Source: Chiloscyllium plagiosum (Eukaryota). Taken from it: DNA of 64,000 nucleotides. The stretch lies in contig NC_057751.1 in NCBI RefSeq assembly GCF_004010195.1, positions 18,135,325 to 18,199,324 of the forward strand, in the 5' to 3' direction. The first letter of the stretch is position 1, and each line of letters starts with the position of its first letter. Below the pieces are notes generated by a model. The model worked only from the letters and a program-made list of their open reading frames with translations, was not told where the DNA came from and did not search any database. Position numbers and translations under genes: made by a program. Positions 49,096 to 60,380 of the stretch are shown here, one piece after another.

Positions 49096-50249
49096 CTTGG
49101 GGTCATGAAATTACAGAATTGTCAATAGTGGAGATTCATACATCATTATTTGTACATTACATTTTTACTAACTGGTGGGAATGATGATGTCCTCGGATTC
49201 AAGAGTGTTATAAGTCTTCGTAGCCCACATGTTTTACTGATCAGCTGTTTGCAACACAGATCAGTCACTGGAAGTGTTCACTAAATATTGTGATGGTATT
49301 TTAAATGAAAAACAACTCAGAGATTATTACATAAATTCACAAATACACAAATTATGGCACAGTGTTTACCACTCTTTCAAATGAACCCAATGGAGTTATA
49401 ACCGTGGAATATTCAATCAACCTACATCACCAACTACCTTACAGATTCTGTAAACTCAATAAAGAATCATTCGTGCTTAATGCTTATCTTCATGTTGATC
49501 TGATATTGTTAAAATGGGCTTACACTTTTGCTAATTTTATTCATTCTCCCAATGTTATTCAACTGATGCAATGTCTTCTCTCCGAACTTTTAAATAAACT
49601 CTGGATGATTTCGCATTCGCTTCTTCACCTGATGTCTTCAGCAATTTGTAGTGTACCTCTTTGTCACTGAAAAACGTTTCGTTTCTGAATTTCCTCTTAG
49701 CAACTCCAAAACGATTTCCCAAATTGGCTGTGTTATCTACTGCAAAGATGATTTCTATTTGCCGGACTTTGCATCTTTATAGATGAACCTGTTTCTGGAC
49801 TAAGTTCACTTTTTAAGAATGCCTCATCCCCATAAAGCTCAAGTCAGTAAACGCTCGAAAAACAGTCTCCACAGATTAACCAGTTGTTTGTTATCTAATT
49901 GTGCGTGATTTCTTGAAGTTTTGTTTTATATCGTTTTCAAAATAATTTTCTGACCCTGGTATAGCTGAATCAAAGCAAATCATATGGAGTTTCTATACTG
50001 AACATTGTAAACATTCTTCCGACCTCAGAACAATATCATGTAGAAATTTACTTTTTTTTTTAATCAGAGGCAGGCTGAACGTTCTAACACAAAGCAGAAA
50101 GATGTCCAACAATGTAAGTTGCAAAATAAAACTTGATAATTCAAGGACGATTGACATAATATTGCAAGAAGACATCATTCCTCACAGGGGAAGAGTAGAA
50201 TGAGTTCAGACATTAATTTAAACAATCTCAATATTTAACAGTCACTCAC

Positions 50250-50316
50250 CGGGAAGACCAATTATGCCCAGGACCATATAGAATATTTTTCTCACAGTTT
50301 CAATCAGACGATACAT
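50250..50316 (-). CDS. GPR139/GPR142-like GPCR, exon 1 (N-terminus and TM1)
   Basis: ATG-MYRLIETVRKIFYMVLGIIGLP-G|gtgagt. The 67-nt exon ends in phase 1 and joins exon 2 (G+TC = Val) in frame to give IGLPVNLVTI, the TM1 GxPxN motif. Total 930 nt, 309 aa. Confidence 0.85.
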
Positions 50317-50397
50317 GTCATGTGTGCAGTCAATAGACCCTCGCTTCTGCAGGCAAGTTCCCGAAGTTCAATGATGTAGTACGCCGTTTGGAAGGTC

Positions 50398-50412
50398 TTA
50401 ATTATATTTACA
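50398..50412 (-). promoter_or_regulatory. Candidate TATA-like element upstream of GPCR exon 1
   Basis: Minus-strand tgtaaatataattaa lies ~85-95 nt upstream of the ATG. Position only, no transcript evidence. Confidence 0.3.
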
Positions 50413-50862
50413 TCAGGATCTCCACGGGGATCTGTTTGTTGTAAGATTTTACAAATCGTTTCTTTTTTGCATTGCAAAGGTGGAACAAACAGATGACGAC
50501 AGCGGAATTAATCAACTGACAGTGAAAGTTGTTTACCATGAGGAAAAAAAAATGTAGAAAAACAACTACTGCCTCACGGGGGGATGGGACTAAGTACATG
50601 GGGTAACTGACCACAATCAGAAACTATGTTCAAGCCAATTCCACACCCATCACCCCCGAATCCAGGCCAAGAGTTTGAATTGAGACAGTGTGAATACTGA
50701 GTAAATTCTAACCATCAGAGTATGTACTCACGAGTCTTTAATTTAGTTGAGTAGCGTAAGCACTTAAATAGCTCAGAACGATCAGTTGAAAATTTCAGAG
50801 AATTAAAGTCAATAAAACAGAATTTGACAAGTTACACACTTTTGTTCAGATATGAGCCAGTC

Positions 50863-51152
50863 TGGTGCGGCATGGTTGCCAGTGATTAGCACTGCTGCCT
50901 CATAGTACCAGGGGTCCAGGTTCAATTCCAACCTTGTGCGACTGTCTGTGTGAAATTTACACGTTCTCCCCGTGTCTGAGTAGGTTTCCTTCCACAATCC
51001 AAAGATGTGCATGTCAGGTGAATTTGCCATTCTAAATTGCCCGTTGTATTAGAGGCGTTAGTCAGAGGGAAATGAGTCGAGATGTGTTACTCTTCAGAGG
51101 GTCAGTGTGGACTTGTTGGTCCAAAGGGTATGTTTCCACACTGTAGGGAATC
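50863..51152 (+). mobile_element. HE1/V-SINE-type SINE
   Basis: tRNA head gtgattagcactgctgcctca..ggttcaattcc, core, and tail tgtttccacactgtagg. Confidence 0.9.
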
Positions 51153-53170
51153 GAAGCTAATCATTCATCACTATATCATTACCTTTCTTTCTATGCATGT
51201 TTCGTTTTCATTGCTCTATAACTAGATATATCTTCATTAATGCCCAAGGCATTCCTTTCAAATCTTCAACACAAGCTGTGCAAAACGCACGGTTCTACCA
51301 AATCACTGATGACCCTGTTGCCAAATTGCTGCTTCAAAATGTATCATCAATCAAATGTCTAATCTCTATACATAAGTTAAGTTCATTTTCTTGAGAATGC
51401 AAGACATGGTGCGGGGAGGGGTGGCGGCGTGGAAATCAATATAAATGCCGAAATCATTCGTGGATTGTGTTTCCGAGGTCTGTTTGTCTGTCCATCACAG
51501 GCAGTGGAGCTAGTCAGGCTCCGGATGCATATCCTTATCTGATGCACTGATAATTATACAAGTAGAAACACCATTAATTGTGCACTTAATTACTGTCTGT
51601 CCCTCGCTACAGCCCAACAGTGTCTCTTCCCCTTACTCTCATGAACCCAATGTTTCCAATATAAACAAAAAAAACTGAACTAGACTAGTCATATAAATAC
51701 AACAGCTGTGACAGCAATTCAGAGGCTCGAGACACTGTAGCGAGGAACTCAAAACCTTATTCCCGAAAAAAGAGTTCAAAGTCGATAAGGTGGAAGTCAC
51801 GTAATAAAATAAACCTATTGGATTGAAAGCGTGCAGTTGAATCAACACACAGGAAAGGCGACGCCATTTAGGACAAACAGCCTATTCATTGGCATCATTT
51901 CTCAAACAACCACTCCATTCACCACTGATGCATCATACATGCACTGTCCACCATCCAGAAGGTTTTGGGCAGCAATACACCAAGCATTTTCTTCAGCAAA
52001 TGCATTGAATAGCTTGAAGTTTTTTTCATAATGCAGAAACACAGCATGAAACGTTTTGAGTAATTTGATGTTTCGAATAATATTCAAAATTATTTTCTGA
52101 ATAGCATTGTTCCCTCTGGAATCTGAGTTCAACATGGGCCGCTGTCTGACTTATAAAGGAAATATGTGCCTCCTCCAAGTGCTAATGAATCTGCGTAAAA
52201 AGCAGAACAATTAACTCAAGCCCCTATTTACAGCTTGTCACACCCTGATTAATGTGAGTCTACTTCTTAAATTTGAAGATGACAGTTTACTATTCTAGTT
52301 GCATCTCCAAACCAATGAAGGCCCATTCCAACAGAAATGTATGCCATGCTGTATAAATAGTTCTTCCTCTTTCTCAAGTCTATTGTAGGCTTCTTCATTC
52401 TGATTACAGCGATATGACGACAAATTTCCAATACACTAGTGGAGTCAACGTATTTTTTCTGTTTAATTGTCACATTCCATTTACGATTGAGTGACCCTTG
52501 CCCTTCACGTCGGCTCTTTAACTCTGTAGGTTCCTGTGGATTATCTTTTGACAGATTTCCCTGCCTGAAGCAAGAAAGGTTGACAGCACTATTATGTGAT
52601 CAAATTAAGGTGTTTCCAGAACAATTTACAGCCTTACTTCACATCTCCATGATCTTACAAAGAATGAGTTCAATTTGAAAGTTCAGACAATGTATGAGAT
52701 CCTCTGTTGTGAGTTGCTTTACCCCAGGTTATCAAGGAACAAGGAAGATTATTCAGTAAAGGGCTCGGGTTTTCTTTAGAAGATTTGAATTATTTGATAG
52801 TGAGATTACGTGTGAGGGAAGATGTTTAACTTGCCCTGGTAAAAAGGCAGTTTGTGGGAGACATATACCTTCTAAAAGATATCTACATTTTCTACGACTG
52901 ATGCTTGCCAGTTACATTTAAAAGGGAAGAAATGCATGCGTAATTTGTGGATTTCAGCTTAACCAGAACTGTAGAAGAATTTTCCCACTTTCTTTGCTCT
53001 TTTCCAGTACCTTCTCTGCTCTGGATTTATTAAAGGAAAATGCATCATCGAATGTCTTCGCAGTTTAATGGAATTGCGATAATGCCCTACTTTTGACATT
53101 AAATTCCGGTAGAATGTGTGAACATATTGATCAGGAATTTCGAAACTCATTTTCCATTTCACTTTTTCAG

Positions 53171-54150
53171 TTAAATTTGCAGCCATTATGATCCTGTCAT
53201 TGGGGAACGTGTGATTTCTCCTCAGTTACCACGCAATAACTGGTGGCCATGCCAACAGCGAGATGTTCGTGTCCTTTTTATTCCAGTCGTTGTATTGTGC
53301 ATCGGGTATCACTTTTCCCTTGATCTGTCATGGCCATCAAACCAGTGTGCAATTTAATCTGTATCTTAATTTATGCTTTCATCAACTGTTCATTCTGACT
53401 TCCTATCACTTTCTGCTTTGCTAATTTTATAGCTACCTGTTGCCAAAGGCGAACAACATAGGTCTGCATGATGATTTATGGGTGGCACAGTGGTTAGCAC
53501 TGCTGCCTCACAGCGCCAGACACCCGGGTTCAATTCCCGACTCTGGCGACTGAATGTGTGGAGTTTGCCCATTCTCCCCGTGTCTGCGTGGGTTATCCTC
53601 CGGGTGCTCCAGTTTCCTCCCACAGTCCAAAAGTTGTGCAGATCAGGTGAATTGGCCATGCTAAATTGCCCGTAGTGTTGGGTAAATCTCGGGGAATGGG
53701 TGGATTGCGCTTCTCTGGGTCGGTGTGGACTTGTTGGGCCGAAGGGCCTGTTTCCACACTGTAAGTAATCTAAGTAAAACTATAACAGTGGTTCTTGGAT
53801 CAATCTGTCTTTTGCTCTGTTATAAACAGCATCTCCATTTCCATTGCAGCTTTATTTTCTGTGGGCATTAACCATGGAGTCTGGTTCTGTGTTGACACTC
53901 GAAGTGACTATAATGACACAGAAGTAGTGAAATTTGACTTGTTCAACATGATTTTAACCTTATTGATTCCAATCCCTTGTATTCTGCTGTTCAGTTCTCT
54001 GACCGTCATTTGCATTGTGGTGACTAGTCGTGTGCATCAATATTTTTAGCATCAGAAGAAAAGGGGGATTTTTAAGAACTCGGAGATGGCAAGGAGAAGA
54101 AATTGTGTGACATAACAATTCACCACATCAGAAAGCTACATATTCCAATT
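53171..54150 (+). pseudogene. GPR139/GPR142-like GPCR pseudogene (exon 2 equivalent), split by a SINE and 3'-truncated
   Basis: tttttcag|(V)KFAAIMILS..CDFSSVTTQ*LVAMPT..KPVCNLICILIYAFINCSF*LPITFCFANFIATCC, SINE, then VVLGSICLLLC..VWFC..ILTLLIPIPCILLFSSLTVICIVVTSRVHQYF*..NSEMARRR..FTTSESYIF. Collinear with the 25827-26689 protein. Confidence 0.88.
53480..53775 (+). mobile_element. Young HE1/V-SINE-type SINE inside the GPCR pseudogene
   Basis: ggtggcacagtggttagcactgctgcctcacagcgccaga..ggttcaattcccg..gggccgaagggcctgtttccacactgtaagtaatctaa. Confidence 0.93.
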
Positions 54151-54499
54151 TTAGAATTTCCAATTATTCATTGTTTGAATAGAAAGGGTGCCCAGCAAGG
54201 GAGGGAGAGGTCAAGTAGGAGCATGCAACAGGTTAACCATGCCTGATCGAAAAGCCCCTTCAGATACAATGGGCTAAATGGCCTCATTCTGTACCATGTC
54301 ATTTCAGTGAGTTCTGTGATTCTGTGCAGTCTGATTCGTACATCATGCCGTTTTAACCAAACCTCAGGAAACTTAAAATCACGTGTTTTTTTTTCGAAAT
54401 AAAGAAATAAAGAATAAATTTGCATTCCCAGATAGTCGCAGATCTCCACGAGCGTTCCAAAATCACTCTGTTATGTCGCTTTCTGCAGTCTTCCTACAT

Positions 54500-55760
54500 T
54501 TAAACAATATTAAGCTCTTCTACAATTCTTTCTGGAGTGCGTCATCTTACGTGTTTCTTTAGAGCATTCTATTTCCCAAGTTTATCATTGTTCATTTAAC
54601 ATGTCCGTGTATCTCTGCAAACTCTTTGTGTCGTCCTCACGTCTGGCTATCCCATATGTTCTTTGTGCTATCTGCATACTTGACTGTAGTACATTCACCG
54701 ACGTCATTAGTGCATAATAAGCAAATAAATATGATCCTGCTCTGATCTCTGGGTATTATACTGGCTACTGCATACAATGTTGAAAACTCAACTTTCCACT
54801 AAAACTCTGTCTTCTAATAGTCATCGTTCCTCTGTCCGTGCTAATTTGGTACTGTGAAAAGCATGGGCTCTCACTTTGTTTAATAGCGTAATGTGTGGTA
54901 TCATGTAAATAGTACGCCATATGCCTTCCTCACCGCACCCAGGTAAATAGTGCGGTGAGGAAGGCATATGGCGTACTGGTCTATGTTCTATGTTCTATGT
55001 CTAATGCCTTCAGTCAATCCAAACACATTTCATCGACTGCTTCCTCTTTACCATTTAGACATTTTCACCTTCACGAATTGGTTCGTAATATTGTCACTTA
55101 TTGTTTTTACCTTTATGAGCCCATGTCACTTTGCTAGATTATTTTCTTCATTTCTTAAAATCATTGCTCTTACATCCTTAATAATAATCATTGACATTTT
55201 TCAAAAGAATAGATCGGCTGGTTCATGGAATCCATGCAGTGTGGAAGCAGGGCATTTGGCCCAAGAAGCACAGACCAAAAAGTCACCAAGCCAAACCCAT
55301 TTCTCTACGTCTACCACTGACTAATACACCTAACCTACACATCCCTGAGCACAATGGGGAATTGAGCCTGGCCAATTCACCAAACATGCATATCATTGGA
55401 TTTTGGAAGGAAACTGGAGCACCCGGGGGTAACCCATGCAGATAGGGCGAGGAAGTGCAAACTCAACACAGACAGTCGCCGGATGCTCGATTGAACATGT
55501 GTCCCTACCGCTTTGAGGCAGCAGTATTAACCACTGAGTCAACGTGATGCCCCACCATTGGACAATTGCAGTCTCTTTTAAAATTAAATGTGTTGCATTT
55601 ACAGTTTCCAAATCCCTAACAATTTTCTGAAATCTATGAATTCTTGGAAGAATACTGCTAATACATTATTCATCTCTGAATCTGCTTCCTTTAAAATACC
55701 TTGAGTGCAACACATTCGATCCAAAGGTCTTATCATCCCTTTCCTTATTTGCTCCTTTTG
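54500..55760 (-). mobile_element. Old CR1 RT fragment with a nested SINE (55235-55555, minus) and a small hairpin insertion
   Basis: tctgcatacttg, gatctctgggtattatac and aatgccttc..aatccaaa resemble reverse CR1 RT. A V-SINE core lies at 55330-55520. Confidence 0.7.
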
Positions 55761-56402
55761 TTGCGGTAGTTTTATATGTATTTACATCCCTTCTTGATTT
55801 TCCTTTGGACTCATGATCCTCTGTGGCAAAAAATATGCCTCAGTTTTTTGTGAAATAGATGGCTTCTACTTATGAAGCAATGGATTACAGCTGACAACAC
55901 TTGCTGTACAGTTGTGAATATATCTGAATTATGCTGAGAACAGGATTGGTGTGTTTCTTTAATCTTAAAGCGATATGTAAGACTACCTTGGACTCTGTTC
56001 TTTTTACATTAAAATAATCATGTATTTGTTTCAACGCAACAAAAACGGTAATAGCCAGTCATTGGTTCGTTTCTCTGTGTGACATAATGATCAAACAGAG
56101 TGAATATGCTTGGGTTAAAACTTAACCAAAAGCTGACAGTTAACTGACAATCAGTACAAATCGTAAAACCGACAACCAGTACAAAACATGTGAAAACTGA
56201 CGATAAGAACTCTGTTATTGCCCTTTACCTGCAAGCTTCGAATACACTTGTAAGATCTCCCTATCTCAGGCTTCCATGCACTTAACAACCCAACTCCAAC
56301 AGTCCTCTATGGTACATTATTTAATAGATACGAAACCCTCAAAGGAAAGGAATTCTGTCCATATCTGTTTCTCAAGTTGGCACCACTTTTTTCCTCAGAC
56401 AA

Positions 56403-56690
56403 TGGCTCAGTGGCTCAGTGTTTAGCGCTGCTGTCTCACATCCCCAGGGTTCTGAATCCGAATGTAACATTGGGCAGTTACTGGGTTTGCACATTCTCCC
56501 CGGGTCTGCATGGCTTCCTCCGACAGTCCAAAGGTGTGCAGATTAGGTGACGTGGTCGTGCTAAATTGTCATTATTGTTCTCGAATGTGTTGGTTATGTG
56601 CATTAGACAGGCCAAACAAATATGGGGAAATGGGTATCGGCAAGTTACTTGTTAGAGGGTTGATGTGAACTTGTTTCCACACTGTTTGGT
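56403..56690 (+). mobile_element. Old HE1/V-SINE-type SINE
   Basis: tggctcagtgtttagcgctgctgtctcaca..tttgcacattctcccc..cagtccaaaggtgtgcag..tgtttccacactgt. Confidence 0.82.
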
Positions 56691-58477
56691 TTCCATGGAT
56701 TCTTCTGCAAGGGGTACAATCTCGTCCCATCAAGTCCCATAAGAATCTTGCATATGAGACTCACATTCTCCGAATCTTTGCTGAATACAGCCCAATCTAC
56801 TCAAAGTCTCCTCATGAGACAATTGCTCTCATACCGGCATCAGCCTAGTGAATCAACAATTTAATGCCAAGGTTATGAGCCCAGTCATTCCTGACAGGAA
56901 TCTGTAGAACTCGGAAACAAGGCATCCAACTGGAGAGCGTTTGAAGCAGGATTTATAATTTATTGTCAAATGCATTTATAAAGAAAAATACAACATATAT
57001 TGTTCAAAATCGCCATACCACATTTCATATATTAATGATAGCAATCATCATAAAATGATCAGTTACGGAAATAAACATAAACCAACGTTAATTAAAGTCC
57101 AAATAAAGGCTCCTGGGTTCGAATAACGGCGACCAAGAGAGTTAGACACAGGTGGAATGAGCACAACATCCACAAGAACGGCGGGATGGAATGAAAATTG
57201 AAAAGCTGCGATGCGTTGGGCCGAAAGCCTCTGAAGAAAACTCGATACCAGACCCGCCAGTTTAAAAAAAAGCTGGACGGTCGTGTCACTGTGCTGGGGG
57301 CAAGATCACCACCCATGAATTAAACGACATGTCAAGACATTAGAACACCGAGATGGAAACGCTTGTCAAAGATTAGGAGTGAGCCAGGCGGCAGTAGAGA
57401 TCCTAAATCAGGACAAACCATTCCATCAGAGATTTTCCTGCATTCCGAGAGCAGGAGTACTGGATCAATCTAGAAATAGAATTCATAATGCAATAATTGC
57501 TCAATACTTAGAGGAAAATCATAAATGTCAGTCAAGGATTTACAATCTAGAAGGATGAGGTACAGTATTTATGAATATTAAAGGTGAACTGGAGTAGATT
57601 CCTCTAAAAACAAAGGTGGATATAATGGGGGTGAATAATGGGAAAATTTCAGAAGAGTGATGAGCAGCATGCAAACCATGTATATATCTATTTAAATTAA
57701 ATATGAGACTTCCATCCAAGAATATCCTGGAGTCGTTTTAGGCTTAAAAATGATGTATCCAACCTAGGCAGTTATGATTTAATTGTTAATTGCTTATTGG
57801 ATAAAGCAATAAGTCACAGAAGGAAAATAAGTGAAAACAGGCATAATGCCAAAACAGACTGTTTTTGGCTCTATGTTGACTGCAGTGAACTCAGCTGGCT
57901 TGGAAACAATTGAACAACACATAGAGAGGCACCTTTATCTGTTGATGCACAAAGACATGAATGAGAAAAGACATCAGCGATGGCAATAGAACATGTCAGA
58001 TATATCACAACCTTTCCCACGCTTATTAGGGGATCTTACATTTCTTAGACTCAGGTTCGTGAGACTGGTGTCATGGAAACTGAGAGAGTAATGCTATATA
58101 CCAGCTGCCACCTTGGAGTCCTCGATAGGTAAAAGGAAATATGATTGGCTTGTTGAATATGTCTGACGTCGTTTCACTAAGTAGGGCAAATATGTGCAAG
58201 TTGGATACTGACTCTAGGTTGAATGCTCTTTGGAGGGTCGGTTTGGATTCAATGGGACAATTTGCCTGCTTCCACGTGGCAGGGATTTTGTGATTCTGTC
58301 ATTTACTCATTGTTTTTTATGTATCTTAAATTACTTAAACTAATACATCTGCATTAAATAAAATCTCACGTGTCTTCTTCTATTAATTTTTTTCAAAACT
58401 TAAAGTATCTATTAAGCACTTTCAGCCGAACAATACACTCGGCTGATTCAGAAAATTACAGAGAAAATAAAGAAAGA

Positions 58478-58821
58478 AAATGAGACATATGACGCACAAT
58501 TATGATAGCAATAAAAATCAGAAAGAATACTACAAATGCAAGAGGCAGGCTAAGGTATAAATTAGGAAAGCGAAGAGGGAATATGCGGAAAAAGTCCCAG
58601 GCAAGGTAAATCACAAAGTAAAATGTTAAACAAATATGTTCATGAAAGATTGAATGAAATGAGACATATGACGCACAATTATGATAGCAATAAAAACAGA
58701 AAGAGTACTACAAATGCAAGAGGCAGGCTAAGGTATAAATTAGGAAAGCGAAGAGGGAATATGCAGAAAAAGTCCCAGGCAAGGTAAATCACAAAGTAAA
58801 ATGTTCATGAAAGATTGAATG
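58478..58821. repeat. Near-perfect tandem duplication (179-bp period) within an old CR1 fragment
   Basis: aaatgagacatatgacgcac...gaaagattgaatg occurs at 58478-58656 and 58657-58821. The second copy lacks aaacaaatatgtt. Confidence 0.95.
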
Positions 58822-59279
58822 AGGCCCAGAAGGAATAAGCAGGTTAGGCTTCTCACCGAAGCAATGGGCATGACAGAGATACGACATGAGAATTTTGCTT
58901 GTGCATTTACTCGTTTAGAAAATGGTAGCCATGGCCCAGCTGAAAATGTTGGTGTTGAGCAACTGAGCAGTATCATGCTAGAACTTCGTAGAAAAGCCTT
59001 CAAGAGCAGATAGATGCATCCCATCTTGGTGATAGAGGTAAGGGAGCACATTGTGGTGTCATTGAAATAGCTGGAAGGCGGAGCAATGAGGAGCATGCAG
59101 AAATGTTGCCGTGAGATTTTAACAGGCTCAAGACTTAGTTAACTGCATGGCGGATGATTGGGTATAGACGTGTCATTATCCAAATTGATGGCGAACATAG
59201 GAAAGTAAATTATTATTTGACTGGTCAAACAATTATTTGATTGGGTATCAATTGAGAGAGGTGACTAACCAATGAAGTC

Positions 59280-60380
59280 AGGTGTCAAAGTCCAGCACGC
59301 GCTGTGTAAGTCAGTGGACAGATGCAGCATGCAGTGAAGAAGGCAAAATTGCATGTTGGCTTTGATGGTTGAAAGATTTGAATGCAGGAACAAAGATGCC
59401 TTGAGACCATGATATAAGATGTTAATGAAGTCACACCTGGAATATCACGTGTAGTTCTCGGATGCTTGACTGATGAAGGATGTTCTGATGACACTGAGAG
59501 TGCAGCAAATGTTTATCACGTTGTTTCTTGGGATCGCAGGGATGACATATGTGGAGAGGGTGGATCATTTAAGATAGTCTTCACCCGAGGTTACAAAAAT
59601 GATGCCGGCACTTTGGAAAAAAAAACCTATAACATTCCAACAGACAGAGAAATGTTAGATGCATGCAGGATATTAACGATGTTGAGAGACTCCAGAATCA
59701 ACAGTCAAAGTTTGAGGAGAAGGCTTAAAAGTACTTAGGTTGAAATGAAAAGATTTTTCGTGAAGAGAATGGCAACTTTGAGGTATTCATGACTACAGAA
59801 AGTGGTTGAGTACAAATTACTAAGAATTTGCAAGAAGGAATTACAACTTGTTGATAAAGAGATCTTCGAATATCGGGAGGATGGGATTATGCATTTGAGC
59901 TCGATGGCAGAGCAAGCTGGAGCAGTTGAATGGCCTACGCCTACTCCGACCTCGTAAGATTGTTTGTTTCACCAACATACTGAATACAATACAGGATAGG
60001 AAGCGAAGCAGAAAGCAGGAAAAACAGTACATGAAACCTCGTTCTTTTCCTGGAATTAGGGAAGCACTATAATCGATGAAATAATCAGTGGCATGGATTT
60101 TACGAAAGCATGATACGGTCAAAGTTGTTAAGTGAAACAGAAATCTTGTCAACTTTGAGAAAATTAGAAACTTGTTAGTTAAAATGGAACCATTAGCTGA
60201 ACTCGGCATCAAATGAAAAAATTTCATTAAAGTACAATACCAAATATTGCCACACAGGATGAAAGTTCATGTTTGTGCAGGCATTGTCTTTGCATGGATG
60301 GAAGATTGGTCAAATAACAGTCAAGACTTAGAAGAAATGGTTTATTTTCAGACTGACAGGCAGTAGTCTCTCAGATGCAT
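59280..60380 (+). mobile_element. Old CR1 fragments (3' end, then an RT piece)
   Basis: MQHAVKKAK motif at ~59320, tail gaatggcctacgcctactcc at ~59930, and a HGFYES/LPHR-like RT remnant at ~60090-60310. Confidence 0.65.

Noticed and set aside
51902..52135. 77-aa ORF between the two GPCR loci
   Set aside because: No recognisable domain, and its 3' part resembles a LINE fragment.
53480..53560. tRNA-like sequences with A and B boxes (also at 18840-18908, 19944-20010, 37745-37815, 50863-50935)
   Set aside because: They are SINE heads continuing into the V-SINE core and LINE-derived tail, not tRNA genes.
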